Assembly: GCA_002269645.1 (NCBI GenBank)
Contig: NIVC01000136.1
Span: 310,001-374,000, forward strand
Reading direction: 5' to 3'
Length of the DNA stretch: 64,000 nt
DNA from: Macrostomum lignano
Taxonomy: Eukaryota
The position numbers and the translations under genes were made by a program. Below the pieces are notes generated by a model. The model was not told the origin of the DNA. It saw only the letters and a program-made list of their open reading frames with translations, and did no database searches. Positions within the stretch are counted from its first letter, which is position 1. Every line of letters begins with the position of its first letter. Shown here piece after piece: positions 55,690-64,000 of the stretch.

Positions 55690-56330
55690 TCCTGTCCTAT
55701 TCTAACTCTCCGACTCGTCTAATCTCTTTTATATACTCTCTCTCCTTTGTCTCATCTAATCTCTCATGTCTCATCTAATCTCTCATGTCTCATCTAATCT
55801 CTCGTCTCATCTAATCTCTCCACTGTCTCATCTAGTCTCTCGCCTGCCTCATCTACTCTCTCCCCTGTCTCATCCAAACTCTCTACTGTCTCATCTAATC
55901 TCTCCACTGTCTCATCTAACCTCTTGCCTGTCTCATCCAACCTCTTCCCTGTCTCATCTATTCTCTCTTCCCTTTCTCATCTAATCTCTCTTCTCTGTCT
56001 CATCTACTCTCTCCCCTGTCTCATCTAAACTCTCTACTGTCTCATCTAACCTCTTGCCTGTCTATCTAATCTCTCTCATGTCTCATCTAATCTCTCCACT
56101 GTCTCATCTAATCTCTCCACTGTCTCATCTAACCTCTTGCCTATCTCATCCAACCTCTTCCCTGTCTCATCTATTCTCTCTTCCCTGTCTCATCTAATCT
56201 CTCATCTCTGTCTCATCTACTCTCTCCCCTGTCTCTTATAATCTCTCTGTCGTGTCTCATCTCTCTCCTGTTCAATGTAATCTCTATCCTATGTTTCATC
56301 TCATCCCTCCTGTCACATCTAAAGCCCAAT
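55690..56330 (+). repeat. Pyrimidine-rich degenerate repeat (TGTCTCATCTAATCTCTC)n
   Basis: Begins just after the FRMD4-like stop codon. Confidence 0.85.
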
Positions 56331-57901
56331 CTGTTCCCACTCACTCATATATTTACGCATCATCAGTAGACGCTGCACAATCAAGCAACTTTATTCGTAC
56401 TTCTGTGTTCGATGCTCGCATCTGTGATTTGGTTTATAAAAGATGTATTTTTATTTTGAGCCGATATTTTTGTTGTTATTTGAAGTCTGCCTCAGCCTGT
56501 TCGCATTCTAGTCACAAATCTAGTAGCATGTGTGAGCTTTATTGCGCCATTTTATTTTCCATTCAATATTTTTTAGAAAATTATGAAAGATTTTTTTCAT
56601 CTCTCGCCTGACTTTCGGGTCTTCCCTCAGTTTGCGCTGGACTTTTGTTAGACTGATGCAGTTTTATTTTTCTTTTTTTTCAAAAAAATAGAGTAGATTT
56701 GCTTATTTTCAGCTGCTTCTACTCATAGTAGAGCGAACGGGATACGCAAATATATTGTCAGTGTTGTTTGCTTCCGTAGAAACTCCCGACCCTGACTCAA
56801 TCCCCAATTTGACCATCTGAATTTTCGTTCGGCTTCTTGACTGCATTTTGTTTTATTAATTATGATAATTCTTGTTCAACTTAAGTCGTGATTGTTCTAT
56901 TTTTTCTGTTAATTATTTTTTTGTTCAGATATGTACTACATGTACTACTAAACCCAATCAGTCAGCTTATTTAGCAATTTATTCTTATTTTAATTTCCTT
57001 TAATATTGCTATGGTCTGCTTCAGTTAAATTTTGAGTGTATAAATAAATCAAATCAATTTTGCTAATTAATCACAGCTTGTTGACTGGGCAGATTTTTTT
57101 CACAGAATTAAACATAATTAAAAAAGACATTGTTTTGTTTCATTTTTGTATACAATACTACTAATTAAAGTGGTGCAGAGTAGCAAAAGCAGGACAGGCT
57201 TTGTATATTTTATTTTTCAACGCGGATTAACAAAACATGGTTAATTTTAACTAGGCAAGCGTAAGGACAGAATAATTAAAAATACGTTTACACAGAATGT
57301 TCTTCTCTTAAAAAACACGGTACTGTATACAAACAGTAGTTTTTTTTAACTCGATTGGGCCACTCCTCCACTTTTCATATCGTCCGTAACTGAGACTACT
57401 CTTAAGGATAGTAGTATTATTTGCATATAGCTGGCTAAACTTATTTGCGCATGAAACTTAACTCGTAAAATGGAAGCCGCACGCTCACGCAGGGCCTTAT
57501 CATCAGGCATGTACACTCACTGTGACTTGGGCCCACCACGCCTCTCCTGAAGAGAGTTTGGTCGGTGAAGTATACCCTGAAAATTACTGATTTCTTATGA
57601 AGCCATGCCCTAACAGAATTCTAAGAAAGCAATCATTGAAATCCTTTCGCATTGTCTGCGTAGCGTACAGGTTATGCTAATTAGCACTGTGATTTTTAGT
57701 ACCAGGTAGATACCACAAGAAGTACCTAGATAGTAACACACAAGCCCCAATGGAAATGATATACTTTTCCACTACAAAATATAACTGGTCCTCAGAGTAG
57801 CGAAAAAGCAAATTTTTGAAGTGACGATATCTACAGGTACATGCAGTTATCACTGAATCTATTAGTTCAGGCAAGCAGCAACACGTAGAGCTCCCGTGCA
57901 C

Positions 57902-60109
57902 TTATCTGGGCAGACCCGGCAGCATCTGCAGCACCAGAAATCCCTGACTGTCGGCCAGGCTTCCCAGCGGAGCCGTCGCACTTGCTGCTGCTCCAACTGG
58001 CCGCAGCTGAAATCCACCACCTCCACCGCCGCTGCCGACGCCGCTCGCCAACTCGGCCGAAAGTCGGTCGCGGAACTCGCCCAGCCCGATGTCGGCCGGG
58101 CAGCCGCTGTACAGCCGGGCCGCTCCGTTCGGATCGCGGACGAACACGGACACAATGGCGCCGCCGTCGGTGCCGCTGCTGTCGGTGGAGTCCGACGCCT
58201 GCAGGCAATGCAGCCGGCGAAGGTTGCCGCCGTCGCCGCCGGGTTCGAGTTCGACACTATCCAGCTGAGTGTCGGGTTCGAGGACGACAACTGGCGTCGA
58301 GGCCGCATCGGTTGATGCCGACGGCGGCGGGAGCCAAGCAAGCCGAAGCGGTGGCTCCTCGCTGCTGTCGACGAGATCCGCGGCCAGTTGGTGCGCCGCC
58401 GCAGCAGCCTCACTCGTTGTCAGGCCTGGACGCAGGGGCACGACAAACTCGTAGTTGGGTCTGACGGCGATCTGCACCACCGGCTGGTCCGGCCCGACCG
58501 CCTCCAGGCTGCTGGTTGATGTCACCGAGTAGTCGGCGAGCCGGCGACTGTCGCACAACACGCGGCCGCGCAGCGTCAGGGTTTGGTCGTAGGGCCGTGG
58601 GCCACCGAGACGGTGAACGAGAGACTTCAGCGTGCCGATCTGCAGGTCTGGTTCGGCGAACAGCGCCAAAATTTTGTCGCCGACGCGAACTCGCAGATCA
58701 AAGTGGCTTGGTCCGGTCGCTTGTAGGACGTCGTCTTTGCCCAGGCCGAGTCGGACGAGTTCCCGAGCGTCATCAAGCAGTCGGTCACCCATGGCAATGC
58801 GCAGCTGGTCAAAGTCGGCAGTCTTGCTGGCTCTGTCGGTACCGTGGAGCTTCATTCGGAGCGTCCGCACCGTCGCGTTACGCGGCATCGTGACCGGCAG
58901 GAAGCTGTTGCGGTGTAGCACGGTGCACTTCACCAGCTGGTCGGCGCACAGTCGGAGCACACAGGCGTCACTCAGCTCGTAGTGCCGCAAAGTTCGTCCC
59001 CTATTGAGCTGCCTGTTGCCGAATTTCAAACGCAGGCACTGCGAATCCAGCCCTGTGGCTCGGCTCACCTTTGACAGCAGGTCTTCCACGTGAGTGTCCG
59101 CGTCGAGCGTTGCCGACAGCGGCTTGGCGCGCAGGCGCCCGACATCGATGGTGACGCGGATTCGCTGGCGCTGACTCCCTGATGGTGGCTGCTCATCTTT
59201 CAATTGCTTAGCAGCTGCTGAAGCTGACGAACTCTCAGCTTTGGTCATGCTGGACTTCGTTTCTGGGGATCGCTTCGTCTGCGTCGCCTTATGACCGTTT
59301 GGCTCGCTGAACTCCTGCCGAATCTTTGTTGCTTGAGCCGCCGATTCCAGCATGGCTTTGGCTCTCTCGGTGGAGCTGATCAACTCAGATTTGGCCTGTC
59401 TAGCCAGCTGTTCCAGATCCCAAATAGTTCCTTGTGGAACTGTCATCGTACTTGATTTGACTGGCTCCTGGTCGGCTTGGGCTCGGCCGGACACTCGATT
59501 AGTCCAGTCTCTCAGCTCGCTGTCTGTGATGATCCGCTGCTTCAACGACGGCGGCACCGGCTGCTGTTGCGGGGTGGTTGAGTAACTGGGCAGCACAGGC
59601 GGCCTGTCTACCGTGATTCGCTCAGCTCTGCAGGAAGACAGAGAGCGCACACTGGACGGCGTACTTGATGCCGAGTTGAAGTCTTCCGGCCGATTGGAGA
59701 GCAGACCAGCCTGCCGCAGGAGCGACTCTGTGTTTTGACCGGCGTCTGGCGGCAGGATTCGACTGAAACTCGACGGTCCAGGTCGTCGGAGCTCACCTGT
59801 CAGAAACTGTATCGGCACGCGGCGGTTGACTGGCGCCACTGGCTGCGTTCGAGGCGGCGTCAGCGGCTCAATGATTGAACTCCGATCATCCGACGCTGTA
59901 GATGCCGGCGCCAAAGGAGAAATCGGGGGTCTGGCGCGGGGTCCTCTGCTGGCCAGCTTTCGTCGAACTCCGGCTGCTAGAAGCTTTTCAACTCGCTCCA
60001 CAGCAGCTTCGCTGGGGTTGGCGAGTCGGTGGCCCGGATAAGACTTCGGCTGCGTCTGGAGAGGGGCGCGCTGCCTACACGACCCCGACTGTGTCCGCTG
60101 GCCGCAAAG
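57902..60109 (-). CDS. Protein with tandem ubiquitin-like (beta-grasp) domains; probably the 3' part of the upstream long ORF
   Basis: Uninterrupted GC-rich frame open from 60109 to TAA at 57902. Three UBL-like units (...LRLKFGNRQLNRGRTLRHYEL...; ...LRIAMGDRLLDDARELVRLGL...; ...QTLTLRGRVLCDSRRLADYSV...) and possibly two degenerate ones. No C-terminal di-Gly. There is no ATG at the 5' end of the frame. Confidence 0.75.
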   Translation of the reverse strand, partial: LCGQRTQSGSCRQRAPLQTQPKSYPGHRLANPSEAAVERVEKLLAAGVRRKLASRGPRARPPISPLAPASTASDDRSSIIEPLTPPRTQPVAPVNRRVPIQFLTGELRRPGPSSFSRILPPDAGQNTESLLRQAGLLSNRPEDFNSASSTPSSVRSLSSCRAERITVDRPPVLPSYSTTPQQQPVPPSLKQRIITDSELRDWTNRVSGRAQADQEPVKSSTMTVPQGTIWDLEQLARQAKSELISSTERAKAMLESAAQATKIRQEFSEPNGHKATQTKRSPETKSSMTKAESSSASAAAKQLKDEQPPSGSQRQRIRVTIDVGRLRAKPLSATLDADTHVEDLLSKVSRATGLDSQCLRLKFGNRQLNRGRTLRHYELSDACVLRLCADQLVKCTVLHRNSFLPVTMPRNATVRTLRMKLHGTDRASKTADFDQLRIAMGDRLLDDARELVRLGLGKDDVLQATGPSHFDLRVRVGDKILALFAEPDLQIGTLKSLVHRLGGPRPYDQTLTLRGRVLCDSRRLADYSVTSTSSLEAVGPDQPVVQIAVRPNYEFVVPLRPGLTTSEAAAAAHQLAADLVDSSEEPPLRLAWLPPPSASTDAASTPVVVLEPDTQLDSVELEPGGDGGNLRRLHCLQASDSTDSSGTDGGAIVSVFVRDPNGAARLYSGCPADIGLGEFRDRLSAELASGVGSGGGGGGFQLRPVGAAASATAPLGSLADSQGFLVLQMLPGLPR

Positions 60110-63100
60110 TCACGGTCGAGCAGCTCGTTGTGCTCGAAATTGACAGCGAGTTCCTGCTCCGAGTACTGATCCGACGGAGTTGGCAGGTCCGATTCGGCGT
60201 CAGCCATCAACCAGTGCGAGCTATTTGCCAGCTCGGGAGACTTGGTTGCAGCCCTGCGAAGCCGCCTCAAGTTGGCCAGCTCCGCCATCAGTTCGCTCTC
60301 ACCGTCGTTCATGAGCTCCTCAATAGCGTCGAGCTCCGCCTCAATCTCGGAAGTTGTCAATCCCTGGCGTTTCTGTACGTCACCTCTGCTGAGTTCCAAC
60401 AGGGCCAGAAGTTCTTCCCGGTCCCACCGTGATAAAGGATGCTCTGATGGTTGCTGGGGAAGCTCAGTCGAGTCCTCAGATGCCTCATAGTACCTCAGAT
60501 GAAGTGGGAATCCCAGCTGTTCGGCACCATCATCCAGGTGGGGCTCTGATGCAGCATGAAGGTTGGCAGGTCTCTGGAACTTCATAGGATCGGAGGAGCG
60601 AAATTCATGTCCTTCGTCTGGGCGATCTTTTCCATGACTTTCATCTAGAAGCGGAGGCTGCTTTTTGCTGGAATCTTCCTCCGGCGCTTTTTCTGGCTTT
60701 GTCTGTGTGCAGCGGTCGGAGCTGCTGGGCCTGGGCTCGGTCTGGAACGACCTGGATTCCAGAGTTCGCTGCCTGCTGCGTCGGCCGCTGTCTGGAGGCT
60801 CATCAACGCAAACGTGAGAATCGACAACTGTCTTCGAGGCTCCGTCCGGCTTTCCGTTAGATAAATCCGACGATCCCGATGGCTCGTCCCAGCCTCCAGG
60901 GAGCAGATCGTCGGGATCCACCACTTTTTTCCAGGTCTTCTTCGTGTCATCGCTGGGTTTCTCTTCTACTAGCGATGCCAGGCTGTCCCGGCTTGCTGGG
61001 GGTCGCGCTTGATCAGGGATGTTAAAAAGCGGCTCGCTCTCCTCCTCTGCGCCCTGAGTTGATGTTGAAATATCAGCCATCTGCGGAGCGGGCACTGGTA
61101 CGCTCGGCTGCTCCTTGGATTCGTCGTCACTTTTGCGCTCCGTTTCGGTGCCCACTTCGCTCACTAAAGGTTGAGTTCGAACGGAGCCGTGCCGGCTGAA
61201 GTCCGCCAGCAAGTCCGAAGTGGTGGCGAATGCGTCCTGCTTGGATGGTAGCGGAAGCGTCTTCGCAGCTTCATCGTCCGACGCTTTCGATTTTGGCACG
61301 GTGGACGGGGTCTGTTCGGACAGTCGTCTGGCCCTGGCCGGATGCGAATGCCTCGGACCCAGCATGCCACAGACATCACAGAAAAATTCTTCCGGCTTCT
61401 GGATGCTTTGATCATCCGAGCGAGCCCGAATGCCAGAGCTGATGTAGCTCTTTGGCTCTGGAGCCGGGGGCTCATCGGGTGCTGGAACATCGGGCTTTGC
61501 AACTGCCTTCTTTTGACCGAGAATAAAGTCGTCTTCTTTCATTGGTTCTGCGTCAGTTGCCATGTCCTTATACCTTTTAGCAGGCTTTGGCTTCTCTTGC
61601 GGAACTTCGGATTTGTCAGAACCGATGGCAGCCACCGTCGCTTGTGGCGTTGGCTGCTTGGAAGCTGCGCTTCGCCCTCTCCTACTGTAACGAGGCCCCA
61701 GCTTAGGGGCCGGAGTGAACCTCTTGCCGGCATGTCGGTGCACGTAGCGCTTTTTCTTCCGCAGTACCACCGTCTTGCGGCCGCCGTACAAAAGGGCAGG
61801 AATTTTACCGCGTAGCAGCGTCCGTCCAAGCGCGTCTTCGTACATTTGGCGCCATCGGTTGCTACTGGACTCTTCCTCAGGACCAGAGCCTTTTGAGGGG
61901 CCTGTCTTTGTGCCGGGACTCGACGCCGAGCTTGAACTTGAACTTGAACTTGAACTCGAGCTGCTCGATTTGCTCGATTTGCTCGACTTGCTACCCTCCT
62001 TTCTGCTGGCGTTTGGCTTCTTATCCTCCTTTGCTTGGCTTTCATCCACTGAGGATTGGTCGTCTAATGGCTGGAAACCCTTGGGATGAGGCCCGTCCTT
62101 GTCTCCTAAGTCGGAGGGCAGAAGGACTGGTTGTTTTGTTTCGTCAGCTGCGGCTTCAGCGTCGGAGTCAGGCGGCGCTGTCGGCTCCTCCCTGTCCCCT
62201 GTGTCGCTGAGTTTGCTTCGGTACGACGGCGGTTTCCGAGGTTTATCGTCCCGTCTGCCCGGTTCGGAAGGTACAAATATTGGCACGGGCATCGGCAGGC
62301 CACCCTCTGCGTCCTTCTTCTTTTTCCTCTTTTTATCCCGCTTGGCTTCGTCAGAGTCGCCAGCAGCGACGCGGCTCCTCGGGCGCTTGGTTGGTGCAGC
62401 TTTCCCACCATCGTCAGCTCCTCCACCGCTGTCAATCTGCAGCTCTGGGGCCTCCTTGCCGCCCTCATGCTGGTCATGCTCTGCGCTTTCATCGTCAGCG
62501 TGTGAATCTGCCTGCGCCTGGTGCCTCCGTAGTCGCGGCGTCGGGCTGGGACCCCGGCGCGGCGCCTTCGGCGTTTCGTCATCTGGCGGTTGGGGCGTGA
62601 GTCTTCTTCGAGATGGAATCGGAGGTCCGGGGGGCTCCTTGCCACCCTGAATCGCGTCGCGCTCCGTGGGTGGCTCCGTAGGCCGAGCTTCCTGATTTGG
62701 TTGGCTCGGCGGGACAATCACACCCACTCCAGACGCTCCAATTATGCCACCTCCAATGCCTGCAGCTCCAGCTGCAGCCGCCGCCGCGGCCGCCATCTTG
62801 CCCCCGCCACCCGGCTTGGGTTCCTCGTCCGAGCCATCTTCCAACCCTCTTCCTCCTCGCGGCCTCAGGTTTGACTTAACGTCGTATTCGTCAACCGATT
62901 CTTCAGCTGGTGAGTCATGATGTTCGTCTTCGTCCGCTTCGGGCAACTCTTTGCCGCCCTGTTGATGCACAGTCTCCTTTTCTGGCTCGTCGGGCGTTTC
63001 CGCGGTCACAACATCTTTGCGCCCTCGCTTGCCCTTGACGTGGTCCCACAGCTTCTTGCCGCCAACGCCAGCCGCAACTCCTCCCGCGGCACCGGCCACG

Positions 63101-64000
63101 GCTCCGGCCAGACCCTTGCCTCCGGGGCCCAGCAGGCCTGCCAGCTTGCTGGATTTGGAGCCGCCTTTGCCGCCGCTGTCGTCTCCGCTGCCACCACCGC
63201 CATCGCTATCGCCGCCGCCTCCAGGCTGTTGTTGCTGCTGCTGCACGATGGTCTTCAGAGTCTGCGGGGCCGCTCCGCCGGCCGCTTTGCCCTTCTTTTT
63301 ACCAAACAGTTTGCTGCCAAGGTAGACCGCTCCGGCACCCACGGCCGCGGCTGCCCCGTATTTAAGAGCGGTCTTCAGAACGCCTCCTTTCTTGTGCTTC
63401 TTGCCGCCGTGACCGCCGCCGCCGCCGCCGTGAGAGCCGTGGCTGTGCGAGCTGCCACTGCTGGAGCTGTGACTGCGCGAGCTGCGACTTCGATGGCTGT
63501 GATGAGAACGGCTGCTTCGACGACTGCGGCTGCTGCGCCGGCTGTGTCGGCTTCTGTTCGAGTCGCCAGAATCCCGCCTTCGTCTGTCTCTGTCGCGACG
63601 GTCGTCCTGCTGCTGCTGCTCCTGCTGCTGATTGCCGCTGCTTCCTGCAACCGCGATTGCCGTGGCGCCGCCGGCACCGGCGAGAACACCGGCTCCAGCG
63701 GCTCCAGCGGCCCCAGCAGCACCTCCGGGCACACCGCCACCGCCACTGCCGCCGTCGTTTCCACCGCTTGGCACTTGTGCCGCGGCGCCTGGTTCTGGAG
63801 CCCCCGATCCAGCGTCTTCAGCGTTCGGCTGCTCGCCGCCACCGGAGCCTCCGCCGCCGCCACCAGTGCTACCGATGCCACCTTCAGGGCCCCCTCCGCC
63901 CTCGTCACCGCCACCGCCTCCATTGCCGGAGCTCCGCGGCTCAGGAGTTTGGTCGTCGGCTGCTCCTCCAGCATCTCCGGTCTCACCAGCGCCTCCATCG
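59977..64000 (-). CDS. Large low-complexity (Gly/Ser/Lys/Glu/Pro-rich) protein, 5' end outside the window
   Basis: I checked that the frame stays open from the track's GTG at 63774 to the window edge, giving at least 1341 codons with no stop. Coding-like GC content; no recognisable family. Confidence 0.8.
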   Translation of the reverse strand, partial: DGGAGETGDAGGAADDQTPEPRSSGNGGGGGDEGGGGPEGGIGSTGGGGGGSGGGEQPNAEDAGSGAPEPGAAAQVPSGGNDGGSGGGGVPGGAAGAAGAAGAGVLAGAGGATAIAVAGSSGNQQQEQQQQDDRRDRDRRRRDSGDSNRSRHSRRSSRSRRSSRSHHSHRSRSSRSHSSSSGSSHSHGSHGGGGGGHGGKKHKKGGVLKTALKYGAAAAVGAGAVYLGSKLFGKKKGKAAGGAAPQTLKTIVQQQQQQPGGGGDSDGGGGSGDDSGGKGGSKSSKLAGLLGPGGKGLAGAVAGAAGGVAAGVGGKKLWDHVKGKRGRKDVVTAETPDEPEKETVHQQGGKELPEADEDEHHDSPAEESVDEYDVKSNLRPRGGRGLEDGSDEEPKPGGGGKMAAAAAAAAGAAGIGGGIIGASGVGVIVPPSQPNQEARPTEPPTERDAIQGGKEPPGPPIPSRRRLTPQPPDDETPKAPRRGPSPTPRLRRHQAQADSHADDESAEHDQHEGGKEAPELQIDSGGGADDGGKAAPTKRPRSRVAAGDSDEAKRDKKRKKKKDAEGGLPMPVPIFVPSEPGRRDDKPRKPPSYRSKLSDTGDREEPTAPPDSDAEAAADETKQPVLLPSDLGDKDGPHPKGFQPLDDQSSVDESQAKEDKKPNASRKEGSKSSKSSKSSSSSSSSSSSSSSASSPGTKTGPSKGSGPEEESSSNRWRQMYEDALGRTLLRGKIPALLYGGRKTVVLRKKKRYVHRHAGKRFTPAPKLGPRYSRRGRSAASKQPTPQATVAAIGSDKSEVPQEKPKPAKRYKDMATDAEPMKEDDFILGQKKAVAKPDVPAPDEPPAPEPKSYISSGIRARSDDQSIQKPEEFFCDVCGMLGPRHSHPARARRLSEQTPSTVPKSKASDDEAAKTLPLPSKQDAFATTSDLLADFSRHGSVRTQPLVSEVGTETERKSDDESKEQPSVPVPAPQMADISTSTQGAEEESEPLFNIPDQARPPASRDSLASLVEEKPSDDTKKTWKKVVDPDDLLPGGWDEPSGSSDLSNGKPDGASKTVVDSHVCVDEPPDSGRRSRQRTLESRSFQTEPRPSSSDRCTQTKPEKAPEEDSSKKQPPLLDESHGKDRPDEGHEFRSSDPMKFQRPANLHAASEPHLDDGAEQLGFPLHLRYYEASEDSTELPQQPSEHPLSRWDREELLALLELSRGDVQKRQGLTTSEIEAELDAIEELMNDGESELMAELANLRRLRRAATKSPELANSSHWLMADAESDLPTPSDQYSEQELAVNFEHNELLDRDFAASGHSRGRVGSAPLSRRSRSLIRATDSPTPAKLLWSELKSF

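Noticed and set aside
57862-63998. Numerous overlapping plus-strand and alternate-frame ORFs
   Set aside because: Expected shadow ORFs of long GC-rich coding sequence.

Overview
Eukaryotic (metazoan) genomic DNA. It has GT-AG introns, GC-rich exons, AT-rich or minisatellite-filled introns and TTAGGG repeats; the style is compatible with a macrostomid flatworm, but that is inference only. Genes reconstructed by hand from splice sites and phase: (1) a complete 13-exon PDE9-like cGMP phosphodiesterase (-, 9699-15410) with a duplicated alternative 3' exon; (2) an identical, 5'-truncated second copy of PDE9 at 1-745, whose duplication junction creates a new in-frame ATG at the start of the catalytic domain; (3) a secreted fibrinogen-related (FReD) gene with two in-frame stops, plus two decayed copies of its last exon; (4) a short clathrin light chain gene; (5) a 14-exon FRMD4-like FERM+CUPID gene (+, 35093-55678) in which almost every intron holds its own minisatellite; (6) a >1300-aa low-complexity ORF overlapping, in the -1 frame, a 699-aa ORF with tandem ubiquitin-like domains. 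Mobile elements: a decayed mariner interrupted by a hAT-type MITE, two non-autonomous Helitrons carrying telomeric repeats, and two tRNA-derived SINE copies. There are also sharply bounded CpG-depleted domains. No prokaryotic features, rRNA, intact tRNA or CRISPR array were found. All coordinates and comparisons were made by eye.
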